This document shows, one piece after another, positions 1 through 7,480 of a stretch of 17,275 nucleotides of DNA. Source of the stretch: an uncultured Fibrobacterota bacterium (lineage in GTDB: Bacteria; Fibrobacterota; Chitinivibrionia; Chitinivibrionales; FEN-1185); contig CAVWBU010000008.1 in NCBI GenBank assembly GCA_963753345.1, positions 1-17,275 on the forward strand. The letters run 5' to 3'. Each line of letters begins with the position of its first letter. Within the stretch, counting starts at the first letter, position 1. Made by a program: the position numbers and the translations under genes. The notes under the pieces are model-generated. The model was not told where the DNA came from. It saw only the letters and a list, made by a program, of their open reading frames with translations, and made no database searches.

Positions 1-2
1 GA

Positions 3-845
3 ATCCATGACGCGCCGTGGCTGACGATTCGCGATCCGGCGCTTCTCGGCCGCTTCTGCGCGCGTTGCGGCATCGATCCGCAGTCGCCGGACATCGCCCG
101 TATCAATCAAGTCGCCGCCGCGTTTGCCCGCCTGCCGTTTGAAAACCTGACAAAAATCCTCAAGGCCGACAGAGTGACCAGCCCGTCGTCGGCAATGCGG
201 CATCCGGACGAAGTGGTCGGCGATTTTCTGAAGTGGGGGACGGGCGGGACGTGCTTTTCCCTCACCGCAAGCATGGTGGCCGTGCTCGACGCCTGGGCAT
301 AGAGGCGTATCCGGTTCTTGCGGACCGGCATTACGGCGCCGACACGCATTGCGGGGTCATGCTGGCGCAGGCCGGCGGCGAGCTGCTTCTGTGCGACCCA
401 GGGTACTTGCTCTTCGCGCCCGTAAAGGTACCCAATCGGGGAACCGCTGACGTTTGACAACGGATTCAACCGGGTCGAGCTGCGGCCGGAAAGCGGCGGG
501 AGCCGCCTCGCGCTGTACACCATGGTGAAGGGAAACCGCAAGCTGCGGCTCACGTTCAAGCTTGAGCCGGTTTCCGACGACGCGTTCGGCAGGGCGTGGG
601 AGCGGTCGTTCGCGTTTGAGATGATGTCGTATCCGGTGCTTACGCGCACCGAATGCGGCCGCCACCAGTACCTTCAGGCGAACATGCTTGCGGTGCGCGA
701 CGCTCGGAGAACACAGAGGACCACGCTCACGCCCGATAAACAGATTGAGTTTTTCACCGCGTCGGCGGGAATCGATAGGAGCATCGTCACCCGCGCATTG
801 GAGATTGTCAATTATGGCCTCGACTCTGCCGCCGCCGCCCGTTAA
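3..845 (+). CDS. Arylamine N-acetyltransferase family protein (Cys-His-Asp triad); 5'-partial, two apparent frameshifts
   Basis: The frame from nt 3 reads ...FARLPFENLTKIL...KWGTGGTCFSL (NAT PFENL motif and catalytic Cys) and stops at TAG 300-302. It continues in the 233..457 frame (LGIEAYPVLADRHYGADTHC...LLCDPGY; His and Asp of the triad), then in the 522..845 frame (EPLTFDNGFNRVEL...). Shifts at ~292 (gcctgg, one C short) and ~440 (cgggg, one G extra or two bases missing). Confidence 0.75.
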
Positions 846-1353
846 GTACTTTGTCGCCGTGCTGTTCAAGGACAACGACGCTCTTGAAAAGGCGCGGGCG
901 GAATTTGTCCGGCGCTGGGGCGCAATTGACTTTGAGGGAACAGACCATGTGTTCGACGTCACCGATTACTACCAACCGGAAATGGGCGCGCCGCTCTACC
1001 GGCGGCTGTTCGCGTTTGAGAAACTCGCAGACCCCACCCTGCTCGTTGCCATGAAGCTCGCGTGCAATGAAATTGAAGTCCTGCTTGCCGCCGAAGGCAA
1101 ACGCACGGTCAACTGCGACGCGGGCTACCTTGACCACAACAAGGTGGTGCTCGCATCGGCAAAGGAGGCGGGGCAGAAGATCTACCTTGACAAAGGCATA
1201 TACGCCGACCTCGCGGGACGGTACAAGGCGGGGAAGTATCAGCCGTTCGAGTGGTCGTTCCCGGATTTTAAGGACGGGAGATATGATAAGGAGCTGCTTG
1301 CAATAAGAAAATTGTATTTGGAGCAGGCGAGGAAGAAGAAGTTGAAAAGTTGA
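814..1353 (+). CDS. DUF4416 family protein
   Basis: ATG 814. Motifs TDYYxxEMG, RTVNCDAGYL, IYLDKGIYADL and YQPFEWSFPDF match the family as I recall it. Overlaps the upstream gene by 32 nt. Confidence 0.85.
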   Translation: MASTLPPPPVKYFVAVLFKDNDALEKARAEFVRRWGAIDFEGTDHVFDVTDYYQPEMGAPLYRRLFAFEKLADPTLLVAMKLACNEIEVLLAAEGKRTVNCDAGYLDHNKVVLASAKEAGQKIYLDKGIYADLAGRYKAGKYQPFEWSFPDFKDGRYDKELLAIRKLYLEQARKKKLKS

Positions 1354-1449
1354 ATAGTTTAGAAGTTCAAGAAGAAAACAATGATTTGCTCCTTGGAGAT
1401 TCCGGCTGGCGCAAGACTGAAAGTTGACTGAGAAGACTTCTTCTGCCGC

Positions 1450-1589
1450 GCGTTAGGGACGACTGGAGGCCGCGCTGGAGCGCGGTGCTGCCTGACCACG
1501 GCCCGCAGGGCCTTTGTGGCAGGCAGCCCGAGGCCGAAGGCCGAGACCGGAAGGAGAACCGACCCGGCCGAAGGCCGGGGAACGCCCAA
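1450..1589. repeat. Compact multi-hairpin palindromic element (REP/MITE-like) between convergent genes
   Basis: Four consecutive stems: CCGCGC-TGGA-GCGCGG (1470-1485); GCTGCCTG..CCAC-GGCCC-GCA-GGGCC..GTGG-CAGGCAGC (1487-1527); GGCC-GAA-GGCC (1532-1542); CCCGGCC-GAA-GGCCGGG (1563-1579). Bracketed by GCGTT (1450-1454) and AACGC (1581-1585). Single copy in this window. Confidence 0.55.
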
Positions 1590-1610
1590 CTTTCTCCCTT
1601 AGTTTCTAAA

Positions 1611-2168
1611 CTAATCTCCCTTTTTCTCTTCTTCCACTTTCCCTCCGACCTGCTTCGACCCCAGAATCATGCTCTGTACAATTGCGAATACAAAGATGCA
1701 TCCCATGATCCCGAACAGCTTGAAGTTCACCCACGTGTCGGTTGAAAACGAATAGGCGACGATAAGATTGACGCAACCGATTACCGCGAAGAAGATTCCC
1801 CAGCTCAGGTTCATGGCGTTCCATGCCTTGTCGGACAGGACCATTTGCTTTCCAAGAAGCCCTTTCATGCCGTTCTTCTTGAAAAACACCTGTCCGCCCA
1901 CGAGGACCGCGCCCATGAGCCAGTACAGAATGGTGGGCTTCCACTTGATGTAGGTCTCGTTGTGCAGAATAATGGTGGCGCCCCCGAACACCGCGATGAT
2001 GCCGAGGCTCGCCCACATCATGGGGTCCACTTTCTTGCGCCGAACAAACATCCAGCCGATCTGGAGCACGCTTGCCGCGATCGCCACCCCCGTGGCGACG
2101 AAAATGCCTTTCAGCTTGAACGCGGCAAAGAACAGGATCACGGGGAGAAGGTCGAAGAGAAGCTTCAT
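1611..2168 (-). CDS. yciB: Inner membrane protein YciB (intracellular septation protein A)
   Basis: MKLLFDLLPVILFF start, FGGATIILHNETYIKWKPTILYWL and WVNFKLFG motifs, multiple hydrophobic helices; 185 aa. Confidence 0.93.
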   Translation of the reverse strand: MKLLFDLLPVILFFAAFKLKGIFVATGVAIAASVLQIGWMFVRRKKVDPMMWASLGIIAVFGGATIILHNETYIKWKPTILYWLMGAVLVGGQVFFKKNGMKGLLGKQMVLSDKAWNAMNLSWGIFFAVIGCVNLIVAYSFSTDTWVNFKLFGIMGCIFVFAIVQSMILGSKQVGGKVEEEKKGD

Positions 2169-2300
2169 ACGTGGCTTTCTATGAGGGAGGTGATGCCGGG
2201 AGAAATGCAGTTTGATGACTGGAAAAAATAGCTTATCGCCGGGCAGGTGTCGCGTAAGATTTCGACAGGCTCGCTAGTGCGGAATCGCAGAGTCGTAAGG

Positions 2301-2945
2301 TCATTTCTTGAGGACAAAACAATGGCCAGTGAACTCGACGTCCTGAACAAGATCGGTCTTGGTTTCACAATCAACCTGACTGAATCCGGCCCCGGCAAGC
2401 ACCGTCCGGAATTCATCCGCGGTGTATTTTGTAAACACACCGGTGTTGGTAAAATCGATGGAATCCATGGAATGCCTGTCGGACAGATACAGCGCGGCCT
2501 TGCCGCCGGGCTTGAGAATGCGCCGGATCTCCGAGAGCTCGAGCCGCGGTTCGCGCCAGAAATACACCACGTTCACCGCAAAGAGCCTGTCGAAGAAGTT
2601 GTCCGCAAACGGCGCCGGCGCAAGGTCGCCTTTGACAAGTCGCACTTTTCCCGCCGCGACAAGGGCTTGGTTCCTGCGGGCCGCCATGGTCACCATGGCG
2701 GGCGAGAAGTCGAGGCCGTACACTGTTCCGTCCGTCGCGAGGGATGCCGCCATTCCCAGACCGTAGCCGGGACCGAACCCGATCTCCAGGACCGTATGGC
2801 AAGAACCTATATCGCATTTGTCTATGGCCCATTGGGTGCGGGGAATGTTTCGCCTGGACATCACCCGCGCGGCGTACATGCCCAAAAGGCCGGAGGGTTT
2901 CCTGAAGTGCGGCGCAAGAAGCCGGTCGAAGAATCGCGAGTTCAA
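2301..2945 (-). CDS. Class I SAM-dependent methyltransferase
   Basis: Motif I VLEIGFGPG, YGLDFSPAM, PFADNFFD, RRILKPGG. The start is uncertain: TTG 2945, or ATG 2983 if one base is missing near 2958-2963. Confidence 0.88.
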   Translation of the reverse strand: MNSRFFDRLLAPHFRKPSGLLGMYAARVMSRRNIPRTQWAIDKCDIGSCHTVLEIGFGPGYGLGMAASLATDGTVYGLDFSPAMVTMAARRNQALVAAGKVRLVKGDLAPAPFADNFFDRLFAVNVVYFWREPRLELSEIRRILKPGGKAALYLSDRHSMDSIDFTNTGVFTKYTADEFRTVLAGAGFSQVDCETKTDLVQDVEFTGHCFVLKK

Positions 2946-2979
2946 CGGTGTTGTCTCTTGGGGAAGAGCTTCATTGCGT

Positions 2980-3555
2980 TCATCCGCCTATCTTTTTGAG
3001 CAGCCATGCGATGTTCTTTCCGAGCGTGCTCATGGTGGCGAGACCTTCCTCGTCCTTTTCAACCTCGCCCTTTTCCCTACCCATGCCGATGTTCCAATAC
3101 GAAGAGCCGGGAATGATCATTTGCGCTATTGTGAAGAAATGATTGATGGAATCGAATGCATGAATTGCACCGGCGCGGCGCACGGCCACGACCGCGGCGC
3201 CGATTTTCCGTTTGAACAGGTCGCCGCTTGCCCGACCCACGAACCCTGCGCGTTCCATGAGCGCCTTGGTTGCGGCGGTGCAGTCTGCATAGTACGTTGG
3301 AGAACCGATGATGATGGCGTCGGCCTCGGCCATCTTGAGAATGCAGTCGTTCACGGCATCGTCGGAGCCCCAGCAGCGCCTGTCCTTCTTTTCAAAACAC
3401 TTGTAGCACGCGATGCAGCCAGTAATCTTTTTGTTGCCGATCTGCAAATACTCGGTTGCGATTCCTTCCTTCTCCAGTTCGTCAAGCACGCGGCGGAGCA
3501 GGATGGCGGTGTTGCCGTTGGGACGGGGGCTTCCGTTGATGGCAAGGGCTTTCAT
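2980..3555 (-). CDS. Iron-sulfur flavoprotein / NADPH-dependent FMN reductase (flavodoxin-fold) family
   Basis: INGSPRPNGNT FMN-binding loop, CIACYKC-x7-C cluster motif, GSPTYY, AVRRAG. ATG 3555 with AGAGGA RBS at 3570-3565; 191 aa. Confidence 0.9.
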   Translation of the reverse strand: MKALAINGSPRPNGNTAILLRRVLDELEKEGIATEYLQIGNKKITGCIACYKCFEKKDRRCWGSDDAVNDCILKMAEADAIIIGSPTYYADCTAATKALMERAGFVGRASGDLFKRKIGAAVVAVRRAGAIHAFDSINHFFTIAQMIIPGSSYWNIGMGREKGEVEKDEEGLATMSTLGKNIAWLLKKIGG

Positions 3556-3603
3556 AAAAATCAATCCTCTGGATGAAATAGTGAAATAAAGGGAGGTTGG
3601 AAA

Positions 3604-3631
3604 ATACTATGCGTTGAAGACGGCATGGCAA
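3604..3631 (-). promoter_or_regulatory. Putative sigma70-type promoter for the flavoprotein-methyltransferase unit
   Basis: Minus strand TTGCCA-16 nt-TAGTAT, about 50 nt upstream of ATG 3555. Confidence 0.35.
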
Positions 3632-3650
3632 CGAGGCGCCAAATGCCCCT

Positions 3651-4382
3651 TCACTTCGCCTGCGAATTCGCCTCGTCCAGCAGCCTGCAGCCTTCCATGA
3701 GGAGCACGGTGGTGACGGTGGAGATTCTGGGCTTTTCGGTGATTTCGTCGAGCGAGGCGAAGGAGAACGTTCCGCGGTGGCACTTGAGCGATTCGAACAC
3801 GGCCCGCTCGTCGAGCTGGGTTCCGAAGGTGCCCGCAATCACCTGGCCGTTGTCGAAAGTAAAGACGCCGTTGCCGATGTCGGTTTGCAGCGTGAGGGTG
3901 CCGGTTTTTCTTGCGTATTCGAGCATCTGGAACAGCTCCACCGCAAGGAGGTGCTCCAGATCGCCGGCAATGGCGGGCAGGATCGAGGTGGCCCTGAGGG
4001 AGGCCATGTCGATGATCTCGGTGGCTTCGAGGTGGACGCGGGAGCCGAGCTCCTTGAATTCTCTGCGCACCTCGGCGGGATCGTCCACGAAGCGCGCGGT
4101 GAACACGCACGAAGCAAGCCGGATCTTGTCCCAGTTCGCCACCGGTCGCACGTCGAGAGGAAGCAGCTTGCGGCCGTTGACGTAGGTGCCGTTCGAGCTG
4201 CCCAGGTCCGACACGGCAAAGGTCTTCGACGAGTCGAGGTACTCGATCTGCGCGTGGAACCTGCTCACGCGCGGCTCGGTGAGGATCACCGTGTTGGTGT
4301 CCGCGCGGCCCATGGTCACCTTCCCCTTGAGGGGAATTTCGATGGGCTGGTCGGGATAGCGCACGAGAAACAGGTTGGGCAT
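3651..4382 (-). CDS. FHA domain + DUF4388 (PatA-N/PATAN-like) protein
   Basis: The real gene is the last 243 aa of the 939-aa track ORF, starting MPNLFLV at ATG 4382. FHA motifs: MGR, VSRFHA, DLGSSNGTYVNG. The C-terminus GDLEHLLAVELFQMLEYARKTGTL...GTFSF...LLMEGCRLLDE is typical of DUF4388. Confidence 0.88.
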   Translation of the reverse strand: MPNLFLVRYPDQPIEIPLKGKVTMGRADTNTVILTEPRVSRFHAQIEYLDSSKTFAVSDLGSSNGTYVNGRKLLPLDVRPVANWDKIRLASCVFTARFVDDPAEVRREFKELGSRVHLEATEIIDMASLRATSILPAIAGDLEHLLAVELFQMLEYARKTGTLTLQTDIGNGVFTFDNGQVIAGTFGTQLDERAVFESLKCHRGTFSFASLDEITEKPRISTVTTVLLMEGCRLLDEANSQAK

Positions 4383-4414
4383 ACGGGTCCTGATGAAAAA
4401 TGACGGGACTCTAC

Positions 4415-4443
4415 AAAATACGAACTCGGCGTGCGCGCGACAA
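4415..4443 (-). promoter_or_regulatory. Putative sigma70-type promoter for the FHA-DUF4388 gene
   Basis: Minus strand TTGTCG-17 nt-TATTTT, about 30 nt upstream of ATG 4382. Confidence 0.4.
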
Positions 4444-4577
4444 GAAAAATTTCGGGCGCGGTCTTTACATTTCGACACCGGGGCGCGGACGGCCGCAACG
4501 TATTTTCCCCCCGGCGGCTTTCCGCGGCCGACCGCCGGGCGCGAGCCCGGCATGCGACACCAAGGAGCACCTGACGA

Positions 4578-6704
4578 ATGGCATTCGACTATCCCTGGGA
4601 CACGGGCATCATCGGCGCCGTGTTGCCCATTGCGCCCGCGCCCGGGGAATACCGGCCCGTTATTGACAAAGGTGATTTCGACGCGCTCGAGGCGCTGGCA
4701 ATGGGCCGTATCGACGAGGCGCCCGGCGACGTTTTGTTTCTGCTGCCGGCCTATCGTGCTTTTGTCAAGAAAAAGCAGAATGCCCGCGCCGAAGTCCTGC
4801 TCCAGCTGCACATCGAAACGCTCCGGCAGAGGGGCGACGTTGCCGCGGAAACGACGCTCTGCTGTTCGGTGCTCGGATTCTGGCCGGAATGCGCGTTGTG
4901 CCGCGACGCGCTTCTGTTTCATTGCCGGAACATGTATTCCGACAGCCCCGGGTTCGACCGGTTCGCCTCGCACCTCGGCGTGCGCGAGGCAGTAGGCCTC
5001 GACGCGCTCCGGCTCCTCGAAACATGGCTCCGCTACGATGAAGGCAGGGTCGTATACATGCCCAGCAAGGGCGCGGGCCGGGTCCGTGAAGTCAACCTTG
5101 CGCTCGGCGTCCTCAGAGTCACTTTTGAAAACGGCGTCCAGATGTCGTTCAAGATCGATGAGGCGAAGCGGTTGTGCCGGTCGCTGGCCAGGGAACATTT
5201 TCTTTCGCGAAAGCTCGCCAATCCTGCAGAGATGCAGGAAAAGGCGGAGCAGGATCCTTCCGGCCTTCTTTCGCTTCTGTTCGCGAGCGAACGGCGCACG
5301 CTTCCCCTTGCCGAGCTTCGCGAAATGCTTGCGGGTGTGGTTCCCGATGCCGCATGGAACACGTGGTGGGCGAGAGTACGCAAGGACAACCGTCTCACCG
5401 TGGGCATGGGCGCAAGGCCCGATATATCGTGGAACGAATCCGCAGCGGACGCGGAGGCCGCGATCCTGAAGCAGTTCGAAAGTGCGGCGCCGCTTGACAA
5501 GGTCGAGATCATGCGGAAGCACGCCGGCCGATCGGCCGCGCTTGCCGCGCGGATGCGGCTTGCCGTGGCCCGCGACGCCGAGGCCAACCGGGCCCGCGAT
5601 CCGTCGCTGTCGCTCGAGCTTGCGCTTGCGCTGGCGGAACCGGGCCCGGCCGCCAGCCCGCCGCCGCCGTTTCCATTGCGCGACCTGCTGACCGGCGAGA
5701 ACTGCGCGGGCGTGGTTTCGGGCATACGGGACAAATCCGCGCGCCGCAGGGCGGCGGCGCTCCTTATTGACATCAGAGAAGACTGGCCCGGCGCATTCGG
5801 CAGGCTCATGGAAGACGAGGCCGACGGTACTACGCTGGAATTTTTGTACGAGACGCTGCGGAAGAAGGGACATGCGGAAGTCTGCGACGACGTGGTCCGC
5901 AGGGCGCTGGCCGAACCCGAGTCCTTCCCGCGGCTGTACGCGTGGCTTTGCCGGGAAATGCCGTCGCGTCCGGAGCTTAAACCGCGCGCGGACGCCGGGT
6001 TCCTGCTTGCGCTTCTGCGGGTGCTCGACGGTAAGTCCTTTGCCGGCCACCACGCCGCGCTCAGGAAGCTTTTCGATCTCGGTGAGGCCGCCGACTGGGC
6101 CGCCACCACGCTTTCGGCCGACGAAGCCGCGCGCGCCCTCGACCTGCTCAACCGCGACTCGGGCCTGGAGGACTTCCGCAAGGACCGGCTCCGCGAGGAG
6201 ATATTCCACCGGTATCCGCATCTCCACGAGGGAAAGGTTGAGCTCGTGTATGTGACAAAGGAGAAGATCGAAGCCAAGAGGGACGAGCTCAGGAAGCTTG
6301 TCACCGTGGACCTTCCGCAGAACAGCAAGGAGATCCAGCGTACCCGCGAGTACGGCGATCTGCGGGAAAATTTCGAGTACCACGCGGCGCGCGCTCGCCA
6401 GGAAATGCTTTCGTCGCGCGCGAAGTCCCTCCAGGACGAACTGGTAAACACGCGCGCCATCGATCCGCAAACGGTTGACGCTTCGAAAATCTCCATCGGC
6501 ACCGCGGTGCGGCTGCGCGAGGCGTCGGGCGATGCCTCACTTGCCCTTTCGATTCTGGGGCCGTGGGACTCTGATCCTTCGAAGAACATCCTGTCCTACA
6601 CTTCATCGGCCGGCGCAGGTATGCTCGGCGCGGTCCGGGGAGCAACGGTACGTTACAACGAGAAGGAGTATGTAGTGGATGAGATCGAGGTGTGGGGAAA
6701 ATAA
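4578..6704 (+). CDS. greA: Transcription elongation factor GreA, long form with ~550-aa N-terminal extension
   Basis: AAGGAG RBS at 4562-4567. The C-terminal ~155 aa is a Gre domain: coiled coil with GDLRENFEYHAAR (acidic tip retained), ISIGTAVRL, ILGPWDSDPSKNILSYTS. 708 aa. Confidence 0.9.
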   Translation: MAFDYPWDTGIIGAVLPIAPAPGEYRPVIDKGDFDALEALAMGRIDEAPGDVLFLLPAYRAFVKKKQNARAEVLLQLHIETLRQRGDVAAETTLCCSVLGFWPECALCRDALLFHCRNMYSDSPGFDRFASHLGVREAVGLDALRLLETWLRYDEGRVVYMPSKGAGRVREVNLALGVLRVTFENGVQMSFKIDEAKRLCRSLAREHFLSRKLANPAEMQEKAEQDPSGLLSLLFASERRTLPLAELREMLAGVVPDAAWNTWWARVRKDNRLTVGMGARPDISWNESAADAEAAILKQFESAAPLDKVEIMRKHAGRSAALAARMRLAVARDAEANRARDPSLSLELALALAEPGPAASPPPPFPLRDLLTGENCAGVVSGIRDKSARRRAAALLIDIREDWPGAFGRLMEDEADGTTLEFLYETLRKKGHAEVCDDVVRRALAEPESFPRLYAWLCREMPSRPELKPRADAGFLLALLRVLDGKSFAGHHAALRKLFDLGEAADWAATTLSADEAARALDLLNRDSGLEDFRKDRLREEIFHRYPHLHEGKVELVYVTKEKIEAKRDELRKLVTVDLPQNSKEIQRTREYGDLRENFEYHAARARQEMLSSRAKSLQDELVNTRAIDPQTVDASKISIGTAVRLREASGDASLALSILGPWDSDPSKNILSYTSSAGAGMLGAVRGATVRYNEKEYVVDEIEVWGK

Positions 6705-6710
6705 GACTGC

Positions 6711-7397
6711 TTACGATCTGCCGAACACCGCGTTGATTACCTCTTCCGTCCTTTCGAGATTGTCAAATACGATATCCGCGCCGGCGGCGAGCAATTGCTC
6801 CTTTGACGGGTGCCCGGTCGCCACGCCCGCGGCGAGCGCACCCACGCTATGCGCCGCGGCTATGTCGCTGGGCGTATCGCCGAACAAGACCGCGGGGCAA
6901 CCCACAGACGCAGGATACAACGCGTTGCAGCGTTTGACCGCGAGCGATGCCAGTTCCCTTCTGTCCATGTGGTCTGAGCCGAACCCGCCGAACGAGAAAT
7001 AACGCCCGATACCGGCCTTGCCGAGTTTTCCCCAGGCTATCGTCTCAAGATTTCCGGTGACCAGCCCGAGAAAACATCGCCGGCGTGCAAGCTCGCTCAG
7101 AAGCTGCGTCACGCCGGGCAGCAGTTCCACGGTGTCGGAGCGGTTATATTCGTCAAATCGGTCGACCATGATGCTCAAGCATCTGTCAAGGCCATCATCA
7201 ATTGCTGTTGCCGGCATGTTTTTCGCCCTCAGCACCTCACGGAGGATCTGCTGGTCCGTCATGCCGTGGTGCGTGATCACGTTGAGGGCCGTTTCTACGC
7301 CGTAAGCTTCGCGTACCGCCGTGATAAACGCCTTGAGATGCGCGCTTGATTTTGCAACGAGGGTCTTGTCGATGTCAAAAAGAACGATGGGGGTCAT
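6711..7397 (-). CDS. HAD-superfamily hydrolase (phosphoglycolate phosphatase-like)
   Basis: Motif I LFDIDKTL, motif II LVTGN, GGFGSD, motif IV FGDTPSDI. ATG 7397 preferred over TTG 7409. Confidence 0.9.
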   Translation of the reverse strand: MTPIVLFDIDKTLVAKSSAHLKAFITAVREAYGVETALNVITHHGMTDQQILREVLRAKNMPATAIDDGLDRCLSIMVDRFDEYNRSDTVELLPGVTQLLSELARRRCFLGLVTGNLETIAWGKLGKAGIGRYFSFGGFGSDHMDRRELASLAVKRCNALYPASVGCPAVLFGDTPSDIAAAHSVGALAAGVATGHPSKEQLLAAGADIVFDNLERTEEVINAVFGRS

Positions 7398-7429
7398 AGA
7401 GATTGTCAACCAAAGGAATTACGCTGCTT

Positions 7430-7464
7430 TCAACCGTCAACTGTCAACCGCCAACTGTCAACTC
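7430..7464 (+). repeat. Heptamer tandem repeat, (T/C)CAAC(C/T)G x5
   Basis: TCAACCG TCAACTG TCAACCG CCAACTG TCAACTC in the helicase-HAD spacer, plus a related TGTCAAC at 7404-7410. Confidence 0.85.
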
Positions 7465-7480
7465 GATTCTCCTGCCCGCC

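Noticed and set aside
1532..1579. CUUCGG tetraloops on the minus strand of the hairpin element
   Set aside because: In the tetraloop register the next pair is a C-C mismatch. The stems pair fully only in the triloop register.
1359..1745. Small ORFs 1359..1589 (-) and 1485..1745 (+)
   Set aside because: No motifs, they run through the palindromic element, and one overlaps yciB in antisense.
2184..2231. GGAGGTG followed by a mini-ORF MPGEMQFDDWKK on the + strand
   Set aside because: SD-to-ATG spacing is poor for both ATGs, the ORF is only 12 codons, and there is no other support.
4383..6470. 939-aa minus-strand ORF suggesting a giant FHA protein overlapping greA, and the 518-aa antisense ORF 5033..6589
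   Set aside because: These are shadow ORFs of a GC-rich gene with Arg/Ala/Ser-rich, motif-free translations. The recognisable protein begins at ATG 4382 and has its own promoter match.
7430..7464. CRISPR-like array
   Set aside because: These are contiguous 7-mers with no spacers, and there are no cas genes.
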